60,132 nucleotides of DNA from an uncultured Nitrososphaerota archaeon (GCA_963842885.1 CAWJIE010000008.1:1-60132), one strand, 5' to 3'. Shown: positions 1-8,977, counted from the stretch's first letter. The notes: generated by a model not told the origin, from the letters alone. Translations and numbers: made by a program.

Positions 1-608
1 AAGACTCCACAGCCCCCCTTGAATCCAATCCTAAATAGCAATGTCGCATGTCTTTAATGTATACGCAGGAGTGTCATCAAAGAGGCGGAAGATCTGCTTG
101 CCGTCTTGTTAGGAAAGAATCCACATGCTACCTTGGCAAATGCCAAAGCGTGACATGGTTTGGCTACTTTTCGTTATGGCGCTTGACGGTGTCATATCTT
201 GGGTTCTGATGTAGTGGCTTCATCCGTCCTCCCGGCTCCATGACACCGACGGCGATAACCTATAGACCCAACCCTTTCCTCTTGCGCTCGCGGACGACCT
301 CCTTCGCGTTCCAGAGGGCAAACGTCCTCATTTCGCCCATAGCGCCTTCGATTAGCCGGGCCACAGAGAACCGGCAGCGGGTGCGGGAGCGTCGCCACCA
401 CGATGGCCGCCAAGACGGTGGAGGTGACGTTGCCGAGGAAGCGATGGTGCATCCCCTGGCGGTGGAGGACTGGACGTTGACATATCTTGTATGACTTGCA
501 ACATTTCACAGCAAGTGATAAACCTTATTAGGACATCGTGACAATAGCTGTAAAGCCCCGATAATACAAGTCCGATTCTAGTGATTCTGAAGAGAGGAGG
601 CGTCAGGA

Positions 609-1037
609 TTGCACAAGAAGCAACACAGGGTAAAGCAAGAACCGGTAGGCCCGCCTGACCTTCAGGTGGGAGCCCTCGGTGTCGTCAAGCTTCTGGACGT
701 CCAAGTCGACGGCATCACTTCCCCCAAGCTCCGCCACGTGATAAAGAGGTACGTCAAGAGGACAGGGTTCCGCGACGTGGTCTCTGACCACCTGCCTGGC
801 GAGAGCTACTCAAGCCTTCGACTTGTGGTGCGAGGTCGTCCCGTCCTCCCCGTCAGCTCGGAGCAGCTCGAAAGGACCGTCTATCTCTACGATTCTGTCC
901 TATACCTCCTCGGCAGCAGGATTGGGGGACCGCCTCCCCTCACAACGGCGGCGGACGCGGAGTCCCTGAGACTGTTGCTGGCCAAGGTGGAACCTCACCT
1001 GCGTAAGGCGTACTACATCCGACCGCCCGCGGCGTAG
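609..1037 (+). CDS. Hypothetical protein (142 aa), paralog of 40302..40718
   Basis: Shares VKLLDVQVxGI..RHVIKRYxKRxGF and LRxxLAKVEPxLxKxYY with the 40302 ORF; GGAGG just upstream of the TTG start. Confidence 0.75.
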   Translation: MHKKQHRVKQEPVGPPDLQVGALGVVKLLDVQVDGITSPKLRHVIKRYVKRTGFRDVVSDHLPGESYSSLRLVVRGRPVLPVSSEQLERTVYLYDSVLYLLGSRIGGPPPLTTAADAESLRLLLAKVEPHLRKAYYIRPPAA

Positions 1038-1308
1038 CTCGATGCTGGGTACCGTCGACTCCCTCGGAAGACCCCACCGTGAGCTCCTAGGGACCCCCTT
1101 CAAGACACGTATGTCAGCAGGCGGGAGGCAGCCGACTCGTGCCTAGCTTTCTCCTCCTAGAGGTGCCTCCACAGGGGATTCGCTGGCAGAAATGGTCTCC
1201 TTCTTGCATGGACGCACGAATTATACAGGCGGGCAACAAATGCTGGACCGATGTCGTCAACACCTACACGCGAACGGCCGAACCCCAGCTCTGGGTAAGA
1301 CCGCGTTT

Positions 1309-3009
1309 TCACGTTTGGCTGTTCGATCTGGCGTACCATTTGGCCATGTATTCCCTCACCATCCTGTACGTGTTGAACCTCGGGCCTATGGCAGCTATGC
1401 CCGCTTTGGACATCCCAAGCCATCGGCTGTGCCCCTTATAGTATGTGGGTAGGACCTGGTCCGCCAGCTTGGTGTAAAGGGCCTCCATATCCTCCGAATC
1501 ATCAGACTCGGTCAAGGCGTCCCAAGTCGGTCGTCTCCCGATCCCCCATCCATTGACCCCTTCCACGCCGCCTTCAAGCCACCATCCGTCCCACACGCTC
1601 AGGTTGAGGACGCCATTCAAGGCGGCCTTCATCCCGCTGGTCCCGCTGGCCTCCAAGGGCCGACGAGGAGTGTTGAGCCAGACATCGCATCCTGACACCA
1701 TGACCTTCGCTATCTCTATGCTGTAATCCTCTATGAACGCCACCTTGACCTTGTCCGTCTTCATCATCACTTGATTGGCCTGCTCATACATTCGAACCAA
1801 GGATTCCTTCCCCGCGTCATCCTTTGGATGAGCCTTCCCAGCGAATACCAATTGAATCCTGCCATGCTCGTCGGCTATCTTGGCAAGTCTGCCAGGATCT
1901 CCCAGCACCATGCCGTTCCGCTTGTAGGCGGTTATCCTCTTCGCCAGGCCGATGGTGAGGGGCTCTTCGGAGAAGTCCGCCGTAGACTGGGCGTCAACGA
2001 GCGAAACTAGCTTCGCCTTAGCGGAACGGTGCGCCATGGCCAATTCATCGGAAGGTATCTCATATGCGTGCACCAGCAGATGCGGCTCCGCCTCCCACGA
2101 CGGAATGTACTTGTCGAAGACGCCTTTGATTTCCTCCTGGACCCACCTCCTGTGATAGACACCGTTGGTGACGTGCTCTATGGCGTCGCTGTGCAGGATC
2201 CTTCCGGACGTAAACCTATGCTTCAAAGACACGGCGTTGGTAAGGCAACTGTACTTTGTAGCGAGATGTGAAAGGCTGATGGCGTCGCTGCCGGCTTCGG
2301 AACCCCAATCCATCCAATAATACTTCTTCAACACATCCCTCACCATCTGCAACGGAAAGGAGTCGTGCCCGCCAGCCACGGGAGTATGTGTGGTGAAGAC
2401 GCAGCGTCTCCTGACTTCTGCGAGCGATCTGTACTCCTTCAGGAGCTCCACGGTGAGCAGGGCTGCGTGGCTTTCGTTCATCTGATATAGGTCCGCGCTG
2501 ATATCCAAGGCTTTGAGGGCACGATATCCACCTACGCCCAGAATCAGCTCCTGTATCAGTCTCTCCCTCCCTTCGCTGAGATACAACCTGTCAGTTACGC
2601 TCCTGAAGGATGGTGGATTCTCTAGGACATCGGTATCCAGGAATATGACAGGAACGTCCACACGCCCCTTAACGGTGTACTGCCAGAGCTTCAGGCTCAT
2701 GACGCTGTCCTCCACTTCAAGCCTTACGACAGGGCGGAGGGGGGTCAGCCTTTCCTTGTACAGCCAGCGACACTCTAAATCCTGCTGCTGGCCACTAGGG
2801 GAGAGCTTCTGCTTTGTGTAGCCAGCTTTGTATAGCAGAGTCAGGAAGACGGCTGGTATGCCCATATCCGCGAAGGCATAGGCAGTGTCACCCGCCAGTA
2901 TCCCCAGACCCCCGCTGTATGTGGGGATATCGCTCTCGAGCCCTATTTCCATTACAAAGTAGGCCAAGGTCATAGAACAGTCCTCAGTGAACTCGCTTGG
3001 CAACCCCAT
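1309..3009 (-). CDS. glgP: Alpha-glucan (glycogen/maltodextrin) phosphorylase
   Basis: YSGGLG, MNESH, FTTHTP, AGKAHPKD and PLP-lysine motif EASGTSGMK; true start may be the MTLAYF Met. Confidence 0.95.
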   Translation of the reverse strand: MGLPSEFTEDCSMTLAYFVMEIGLESDIPTYSGGLGILAGDTAYAFADMGIPAVFLTLLYKAGYTKQKLSPSGQQQDLECRWLYKERLTPLRPVVRLEVEDSVMSLKLWQYTVKGRVDVPVIFLDTDVLENPPSFRSVTDRLYLSEGRERLIQELILGVGGYRALKALDISADLYQMNESHAALLTVELLKEYRSLAEVRRRCVFTTHTPVAGGHDSFPLQMVRDVLKKYYWMDWGSEAGSDAISLSHLATKYSCLTNAVSLKHRFTSGRILHSDAIEHVTNGVYHRRWVQEEIKGVFDKYIPSWEAEPHLLVHAYEIPSDELAMAHRSAKAKLVSLVDAQSTADFSEEPLTIGLAKRITAYKRNGMVLGDPGRLAKIADEHGRIQLVFAGKAHPKDDAGKESLVRMYEQANQVMMKTDKVKVAFIEDYSIEIAKVMVSGCDVWLNTPRRPLEASGTSGMKAALNGVLNLSVWDGWWLEGGVEGVNGWGIGRRPTWDALTESDDSEDMEALYTKLADQVLPTYYKGHSRWLGMSKAGIAAIGPRFNTYRMVREYMAKWYARSNSQT

Positions 3010-3046
3010 TCATAGCTATATTCGTTGTGGTTCGATGACCTGCCTA

Positions 3047-3327
3047 TGTTGTCCTGAAATTAGTATCACCCCCTGGTAAGCAGGATTAGAGCCAGGTGGG
3101 TATGGAGCAAGGGATACAGATACTTCGTCTACATGAAGCTGGACCCCGTCAAGGTGGAGTGGATCGTCCGACAGAAGGAGGAGGGAGCACTGACGAACAG
3201 GACCATAGCCGAGAGCATGCGGGTGTCTCCGACATGGGTGAAGGTCATGTGTAGGCGATACAGGGAGCTGGGCCGGGTCCCCGCGCTGATGAAGCCCGGG
3301 AGGGCTAGCGCCCATTTAGGTTCTTGA
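3047..3327 (+). mobile_element. Truncated IS481-like element: left end plus N-terminal HTH of the transposase (3133..3327)
   Basis: TGT-initiated end at 3047; ORF TNRTIAESMRVSPTWVKVMCRRYRELG..KPGR resembles a transposase HTH and stops abruptly with no DDE domain. Confidence 0.6.
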
Positions 3328-3442
3328 TTCGAGTTCCGGAAGCCGAGGGAGCTACTGGTGGGGTGAAAGCATAGGCTGTGAGCCCGACAGACCGATCAAT
3401 GAAGAGTGTGAGTCTATGCGTGAACTCGCGGGCTTCTAATCA

Positions 3443-4048
3443 TCATGCCCGTTCCTCCTTCTTCATCATTCCCGAAATAGCGTCTTCAACCGCATCCACA
3501 GGCGTGATCCCTTTGCTAGCAGCATAGGCGTCAACCGCTTTCGCTATGTCCTCAGGTATCTCGTAGATCCTGACCCTCTTGAACTCGAGAGCCCTAAGCA
3601 AGTCAAGCCAGTCAGGTTCAGGTATCCTGATGCAATTGAAGCCCTTTGTCTTTACTTCGTATGATTCCCAGTAGTATCTACCTGAAGACTGATCCGCATA
3701 GGTTAGCGTCAGGGCCGATCTAAGGTACATATGACGACTATCAGTCTGTTTCGACCTCAGCTCTTCCAGCCGATTGAGAGTGGATGGGGAGATCTCTAGG
3801 TAGATGGCGCCATGAGCTGTCGCATTAGAATAGAGCAATACTGGTGTCTGAAGGTGCGAAATTCCCAGAATGAAGGGAGGAAGAGGCGCTGCCGTTTCCG
3901 TTATCCCGAATGAACTGGTCACCAGCTGTGGTTGAGCATGCTGCGATGACCGTAAAGACTGAGGATAATGAATCTCGATGTTGAATTGTATGATGGGGGA
4001 AGGATGGGGACTCGCTGCGATTGCCTGGATGAAATCAGCTTCGCCCAT
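3443..4048 (-). CDS. Hypothetical protein with possible C-terminal ribbon-helix-helix (CopG-like) segment
   Basis: 201-aa ORF; tail IYEIPEDIAKAVDAYAASKGITPVDAVEDAI has an RHH-like pattern. Confidence 0.6.
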   Translation of the reverse strand: MGEADFIQAIAASPHPSPIIQFNIEIHYPQSLRSSQHAQPQLVTSSFGITETAAPLPPFILGISHLQTPVLLYSNATAHGAIYLEISPSTLNRLEELRSKQTDSRHMYLRSALTLTYADQSSGRYYWESYEVKTKGFNCIRIPEPDWLDLLRALEFKRVRIYEIPEDIAKAVDAYAASKGITPVDAVEDAISGMMKKEERA

Positions 4049-4314
4049 ATGTAAGAAAGGCTTGATGGTATCCCTTAAACCTGCCTAATGCAGGCTCTCC
4101 CAAATCTCCGTCGGATAAGTGAACCTGCCAAAAATGCTTACACCTCACGAATTGACTCCAATGTCGGGGAAAGCTCTTCTTGAGCCACAGTTGCCAACCG
4201 TCAAGCCGAGTCGATGACACAACCGCCATCCACCCAACAACCAGTTGAAGGGAATCCGATTTCTGGTGGCTTTGAGTACCCAAGTGAGGCCGAATCCCCA
4301 ATAGTGCGGACTCG

Positions 4315-4333
4315 CGCAGGTCCAAGCCTACGC
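4315..4333 (+). repeat. Intergenic repeat, box B copy 1 (CGCAGGTCCAAGCCTACGC)
   Basis: 19 nt identical to 6091..6109. Confidence 0.85.
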
Positions 4334-4407
4334 CCAAGGTTCACAGTTGGTCAGAGTCGCTTCATATAAGAACGTGAAAACCCATTGGACTGTGTGGAGG
4401 GAGACTG

Positions 4408-4722
4408 GTGCGAAAGAGGAACGCAGCAATCATCGCGTGCTTAGCTGCAGCACTGGCCCTGGTTTTCTTCTTGGCACCGATAGTTGCATTACCTATGGTG
4501 AATGGCTGCCTAGGCGGAAGCGGGCATGGCTGTACAGTTGCTGGAACGTTCAGAGTCACCAGAGTCGTCTCTCCTAGCGGCGTGCTGTTGGGGTTTGGCG
4601 AAGTCCGATACGAAGCGCAGTATGGGGAGAATTGTCCTTCAGCTGGAATCTGTCTTCCTTACGACAAGACAGGCTTCTTGTTCGCTTGGAACTGTTCCGA
4701 CTTCGCCCAGTATCTGCATTGA
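4408..4722 (+). CDS. Small secreted/membrane-anchored Cys-rich protein
   Basis: Basic N-terminus plus hydrophobic helix, several Cys; TATA-like CATATAAG upstream. Confidence 0.6.
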   Translation: MRKRNAAIIACLAAALALVFFLAPIVALPMVNGCLGGSGHGCTVAGTFRVTRVVSPSGVLLGFGEVRYEAQYGENCPSAGICLPYDKTGFLFAWNCSDFAQYLH

Positions 4723-4780
4723 CACCCTGGCTTTCTCCAGCTCCAGGCGACCTCGAAGACTAAACATGAAAAGGGTCTCC

Positions 4781-4848
4781 ATTGGTCTAACCTATTGTTT
4801 TCAATAACTTAAAGATGAACCAAGTCAGCCCATTCGCAGGTCCGAGCC
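4781..4848 (+). repeat. Intergenic repeat unit (degenerate palindrome + ACTTAAA + box B)
   Basis: GTCTAACCTA...AACTTAAA at the same spacing as the 6683 copy, followed by AGCCCATTCGCAGGTCCGAGCC (4827..4848). Confidence 0.75.
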
Positions 4849-4928
4849 AGAATCTGAGATGGCCGGTCGGGGCCGTCTTGGTGGTAACTGTCGTCGGATA
4901 AGCATCTATATACTCATCATTGGATGAT

Positions 4929-5348
4929 ATGAGACAGACGTTGGCCCCTAAGAGAACGACGGTGGCGGTTATAGCGGCGGGCCTGATTGTGGTCGCAGTA
5001 GGTGCTCTGTTGTACTTCGGTGGCATATTTGGCGGCGGTCAGAAGTTCTCCGTCAGTGGCTTGCAGATTTCCCATGGTCTCGTTCCTTTCGGAGCAGTCT
5101 CTTTCAATCTCACCAACCACAACGGCCTCCCCATTTCGTCTGTCTCCGTTAGTGTGAATCAATCTTTGGCGTCTCCACGCGGCACACCAGTCTCCAGCAG
5201 CAATCCGATTTCTCCTAATCAGTCAATGGAGCTTCTGTACGTGATGCAGGAGACCGTGGTCTCAGGCCAGAGTTACCCCGTCCAAATCACGGTCACCTTC
5301 GGAGACGGAAGTATGGCCTCCTACTCTGCGACTGTCACCGCTTTGTAG
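4929..5348 (+). CDS. Pilin-like, N-terminally anchored beta-rich surface protein
   Basis: KR followed by a hydrophobic helix, S/T/V-rich beta domain, C-terminal GQSYPVQITVTFGDGS. Confidence 0.65.
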   Translation: MRQTLAPKRTTVAVIAAGLIVVAVGALLYFGGIFGGGQKFSVSGLQISHGLVPFGAVSFNLTNHNGLPISSVSVSVNQSLASPRGTPVSSSNPISPNQSMELLYVMQETVVSGQSYPVQITVTFGDGSMASYSATVTAL

Positions 5349-5463
5349 CAACTGGCTCAGAGGACTCCGGCGTTTCAGGGATCGAGTCTCCAGAGTCTTG
5401 CGCGATGAGAACGGGGAGTAGCCGCTCCCATGAGATTAGCCTAGCCGGAAAAGGCCAATTCAT

Positions 5464-5529
5464 TTTTGTCTAACAAACAAGTTGGGCAGACTCAAAACTG
5501 AATCAAGCCCATTTCCGCAGGTCCAAGCC
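5464..5529 (+). repeat. Intergenic repeat unit (palindrome + box B)
   Basis: TTTTGTCTAAC-AAACAA-GTTGGGCAGAC, then AGCCCATTTCCGCAGGTCCAAGCC (5506..5529). Confidence 0.85.
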
Positions 5530-5546
5530 CACATTATGCAATCGGC

Positions 5547-6011
5547 CTAAGGTCGGGGTCGTGTGTACGCCTTCATGTCCAGCTCTAGGAAGACTTCGCC
5601 CATGGTCCAGTCGCCCATGAACTGCTTGAAATGATGAGCTTCATAGAGTCTCCGAGCATCAGGGCTAGCTGTGGAGGTTTTGAACCCGATAGCCCCTTTC
5701 TTGATTGAGTAGGCTATTGCTCTTTTCAGCAGCCTTGAGCCAACGCCTTTGTTGCGGAATTCCGGGTCGACGTAGAAGCTCGTAATGAAAGAGACTGGAC
5801 CGCCATCGATGATGTCCTCACACATCACGGCATGGATGAACCCTAGGACAGCGTTCTCCCCGTTGGTGGCTACAAGGAGCTCTCCGTTCTCCACCGCTCT
5901 CTTAATTGACGCTTCTCGAGGGGTCTTCCAATGCAACCAATCGATTATGCCCGACTCGATAGCCGGGGTATCCTCTAAGGTCGCTCGACGAATCGTGATT
6001 CTCTCCGACAA
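5547..6011 (-). CDS. GNAT family N-acetyltransferase
   Basis: IRRAT.ED start, acetyl-CoA motif FYVDPEFRNKGVGSRLL, ARRLYE..HF. Confidence 0.9.
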   Translation of the reverse strand: MSERITIRRATLEDTPAIESGIIDWLHWKTPREASIKRAVENGELLVATNGENAVLGFIHAVMCEDIIDGGPVSFITSFYVDPEFRNKGVGSRLLKRAIAYSIKKGAIGFKTSTASPDARRLYEAHHFKQFMGDWTMGEVFLELDMKAYTRPRP

Positions 6012-6079
6012 ATCCCACTGGTGCCTCCTCAGGTGCCAGATTCAGCTATTGCAATCTACAAAAGGCTTCTCTTTCAGCT

Positions 6080-6109
6080 AGCCCATTTTTCGCAGGTCCA
6101 AGCCTACGC
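6080..6109 (+). repeat. Intergenic repeat, box B copy
   Basis: AGCCCATTTTTCGCAGGTCCAAGCCTACGC. Confidence 0.85.
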
Positions 6110-6111
6110 AT

Positions 6112-6248
6112 AACAAGACTAGGTTTGTCTAAGGAGCCACTTCAAGACCTCAAATGAGCGACTAGTTCTGTTTGCCTAGGCTACAGGTTGGCGAAACTTA
6201 AACTCCAGAGAAGAGGGCCAAGCCTTACGGGACTCAAACCCACGTTGT
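6112..6248 (+). repeat. Full intergenic repeat unit
   Basis: 6112..6207 aligns without gaps to 6625..6720 (76/96 identical by hand count); degenerate box B near 6230..6248. Confidence 0.85.
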
Positions 6249-6263
6249 GATTTGTCGAGCGAC

Positions 6264-6536
6264 CTAAGTCGAGGGAGTGCCTACGACGAACGCATCGTAA
6301 GCGAAGGCCGTCCTTATCACAAGAGCTGAAATCTGGCTCAGTGCAAATGCAGGTTCCATAGAGGAAGTAAGAAACACATCCACGGACAGGCCGATGATTC
6401 CTCCTATGACCAACATCCAACCGAAGCGAGTCCGCCTTCGGAGATACAGATAGCCCAGACCAGGTACGACAAAGTTGCAAATCGCCGCCGAGATTCGGCC
6501 GTTCCTATCCGAATGGTCGAGGGGAATCATGTCCAA
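6264..6536 (-). CDS. Small membrane protein (TM2-like)
   Basis: AAICNFVVPGLGYLYL motif followed by two hydrophobic helices. Confidence 0.7.
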   Translation of the reverse strand: MDMIPLDHSDRNGRISAAICNFVVPGLGYLYLRRRTRFGWMLVIGGIIGLSVDVFLTSSMEPAFALSQISALVIRTAFAYDAFVVGTPST

Positions 6537-6624
6537 GCGAATTGGTAAGGCACGCTAGGTTATTGGCTCTTCGGATATGTCTCCGTCTTCTCGTAGCCCC
6601 AAGACCACCACCGGCTGGTGCTTC

Positions 6625-6753
6625 AACAAGACCTGGTTTCCCTAAGGAGACACTTCAAGCCCTTCAATAACCGACTAATAGTGTTTGTCTAACCTACAGG
6701 TTGGGCAAACTTAAAAACCACTAACGGCAGTGGGCCAGCATTCAGCCCCCGTT
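6625..6753 (+). repeat. Full intergenic repeat unit with the best palindrome
   Basis: GTTTGTCTAAC-CTACAG-GTTGGGCAAAC (6683..6710) followed by TTAAAA; ungapped match to the 6112 unit. Confidence 0.85.
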
Positions 6754-6949
6754 CAGTTATTCTATTGTTCCCAATAACATAAAGATGATTAAGTGATGGT
6801 CGACCAGGCAACTGTTCCCAAGCTCGTCCAGAGATAGCGGGTCATCAATAGACGATCGGCTTTGTGTATAGCTTATATGGGCGACAATATGAATTACGTG
6901 TCTTCGAACCCAACCCTTTTTTAGAACTCATGCCGCAACAATCATCGAC

Positions 6950-7357
6950 ATGTTCGCCCGTGGCCCTCCCAAGGTCTACCTGAAGCTGAGGGAGGGCTTG
7001 ATGGCCGAGAGGGTCTTCGAAGGCCTCACTGGCGCAGGCCTCACCGGCTCTGGCGGCCTTGTCCTAGCGTTGCTCAGCGGAGACGTGCCCCAGGATTCCC
7101 GCACGTATTTGGAGATCGCCAGGCTTCTGAGGTACCACCGCGCGGGCAGGGTCGTGAGGATCACCGTGGCGGCCGCTGAGGGAGTCGCCGCGGCGGACTT
7201 CGGGGCCTTCGTCACACTCAGGTCCCTCGCCCAGCACGATCGATTCGTCGTCTGGCTGAAGGCCCGGAACAGGTCCGCTGAATACATCATAAGCAGGTCT
7301 GGGAAGGTCATTTCAAAAAAGGAGTCAGCGTCGGCAGCTCTGGACCAGTACGCCTAG
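6950..7357 (+). CDS. Hypothetical protein
   Basis: 135-aa ATG ORF with host-like GC, convergent on and overlapping the tbp stop. Confidence 0.55.
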   Translation: MFARGPPKVYLKLREGLMAERVFEGLTGAGLTGSGGLVLALLSGDVPQDSRTYLEIARLLRYHRAGRVVRITVAAAEGVAAADFGAFVTLRSLAQHDRFVVWLKARNRSAEYIISRSGKVISKKESASAALDQYA

Positions 7358-7911
7358 TAGATCATGAGCTCTTCGGCTTCGAGGAGAGTGTGAAGGTTGT
7401 TCACTGCCTTGTAGACTTCCTCTTCCTTCTTTGCTCCTGTGCAGACCAGCTTTCCGCTGGCGAAGAGGAGGATCACCGTCTTGGGCTCCAGCATCCGATG
7501 TATCAGGCCGGGGAACTGCTCGGGCTCGTACATGCTGCGCGGAAGGGTGAGCGCCGCCTCCTCCAGCTTGACGCGGCCTCCCAGACTCGCCGAAGCGACG
7601 ATGTTCTGGATCTCCACTTCGGCCTCGTTCTCCACCTTGATTCCCGATCTCCGGAGCTTCTGGACAACCATCACCACGGCCTTGCGGGATTGCTCTTCGC
7701 TCTTTGCTCCTGTGCACACCATCTTGCCGGAGTTGAAGATCAGCGTGGCGGTCTTCGGTGCCTTGAGGCGGAAGACCAGGCCCGGGAACTGCTCCGGGTG
7801 ATACTCCACATCTGGAAAGAGCCTCGTGATTTCGTTGAGATCGATCTTCTGGTTTACGCTTGCTGAAGCCACTACGTTCTCAATCGATATAAGAGGAGTG
7901 GTTTTCGGCAT
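7354..7911 (-). CDS. tbp: TATA-box-binding protein
   Basis: Two TBP repeats: IENVVAS..YHPEQFPGL..LIFNSGKMVCTGAK and IQNIVAS..YEPEQFPGL..LLFASGKLVCTGAK. Confidence 0.99.
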   Translation of the reverse strand: MPKTTPLISIENVVASASVNQKIDLNEITRLFPDVEYHPEQFPGLVFRLKAPKTATLIFNSGKMVCTGAKSEEQSRKAVVMVVQKLRRSGIKVENEAEVEIQNIVASASLGGRVKLEEAALTLPRSMYEPEQFPGLIHRMLEPKTVILLFASGKLVCTGAKKEEEVYKAVNNLHTLLEAEELMIY

Positions 7912-7928
7912 ATAAATCGATAATCGCT

Positions 7929-8234
7929 TTATAAAGCCTGCATATAAACTTTCGATGTCGGGGTTCTGTGACGTCTGCGGTTGCTACCTTCAAAGTCATC
8001 TTCGTGTGACAAGTCGGTTGCTGTCACTCGCATCTGAATCAATTCGTCGGCTTTTTCGACAATCCTCAACAACTTCCCTTCATCCGGCACATCCATTCCG
8101 TTCTCTCTGTAATAGCTGTAGGCTTGCTCTATCAGTCCTCTGAAGGCTTCGAGTATGTCTTCGTACGCCTTCTTGTATTCCAGTGCCTTCGTATACTCCT
8201 GCAGAGCCAGCAGCTTGAGCTGATATTCAGTCAT
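7929..8234 (-). CDS. Helical hypothetical protein reading out through the element end
   Basis: ATG overlaps the end of the upstream gene; RRRHRTP is encoded by the putative TIR. Confidence 0.55.
   Translation of the reverse strand: MTEYQLKLLALQEYTKALEYKKAYEDILEAFRGLIEQAYSYYRENGMDVPDEGKLLRIVEKADELIQMRVTATDLSHEDDFEGSNRRRHRTPTSKVYMQAL
7941..7954 (-). promoter_or_regulatory. BRE-TATA promoter of tbp
   Basis: Minus strand CGAAAG-TTTATATG, 30 nt upstream of the tbp ATG. Confidence 0.65.
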
Positions 8235-8724
8235 AGGCGGATGGAATCTCCTTTTGCTTCCTCTTGGCCTCATCAATGATGTTTTTGAAAGTGTCTAATG
8301 CCTGTTTCTCTTCATTCGAGAGAACTGGTCTCTTGCCAAGCTCTTCGGATAATTCTCCAAGTTTCTGCTCATTGGACTGCATGACGGCGTTGATAGTTGC
8401 GGTAAGCTCACTCCTCAACTTCAGCACCTGATAATACAAAGATTCCATCATCATGATTGTCGTGAAGTGACCCATCGCAGCAGCAACCTCTTCATCAAAG
8501 AGCTTCATGTCTTCTGGTCTGGGCGTGTTCTGAAGCCCTTTCTCATAGAAATCGAATGTATCTACAAGTGCGTTGAGCAAGTCCCGAAATACCTCTTTGG
8601 CGAAATGATCATCGCTGAGCATCTCCAGATGCTTGTTGGAATCGACGATTTGTTTAGATGTAGTCTTTATATCTTGAAGGAACTTGATGCGCTCCGTCAA
8701 CCACACAGGCTCCTTGCGCGACAA
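8227..8724 (-). CDS. Coiled-coil/helical hypothetical protein
   Basis: 165-aa ORF starting 3 nt after the RHH gene. Confidence 0.6.
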   Translation of the reverse strand: MSRKEPVWLTERIKFLQDIKTTSKQIVDSNKHLEMLSDDHFAKEVFRDLLNALVDTFDFYEKGLQNTPRPEDMKLFDEEVAAAMGHFTTIMMMESLYYQVLKLRSELTATINAVMQSNEQKLGELSEELGKRPVLSNEEKQALDTFKNIIDEAKRKQKEIPSAYD

Positions 8725-8727
8725 AAC

Positions 8728-8883
8728 CTACTTCTTCCCTTCCTGCTTCTTTATGTAGTCGACAATAGCCTTCTCGACTAACTCTGAAAGCTCCATGTCA
8801 TTCCTTATGGCAGTTATCTTCGCTTCCTTCCAGAGTGCTGGGTCAACCTTGATTGAGGTAGCTTCCCTCTTGACTTCGGGCAT
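8728..8883 (-). CDS. Ribbon-helix-helix (CopG/Arc-like) regulator, 51 aa (absent from the ORF track)
   Basis: Manual translation MPEVKREATSIKVDPALWKEAKITAIRNDMELSELVEKAIVDYIKKQEGKK; divergent from the transposase. Confidence 0.8.
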   Translation of the reverse strand: MPEVKREATSIKVDPALWKEAKITAIRNDMELSELVEKAIVDYIKKQEGKK

Positions 8884-8977
8884 TATACCATCAGACCACT
8901 ATACCACTGCCCTCCTTATAAGAGTGGTGGTAAACGTTTAAATAACCATAGCACCATACTACTGGTAGTGCAGTAGT

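Noticed and set aside
192-509. Short ORFs at the window start
   Set aside because: No recognisable motif in any frame; probably debris
4315-4333. tRNA fragment or att site (GCAGGTCCAAGCCT resembles a T arm)
   Set aside because: Loop is 6 nt without TTC, and no acceptor or anticodon arm is present
4315-6753. CRISPR array
   Set aside because: Repeats are long and degenerate and are separated by whole genes, not 30-45-nt spacers
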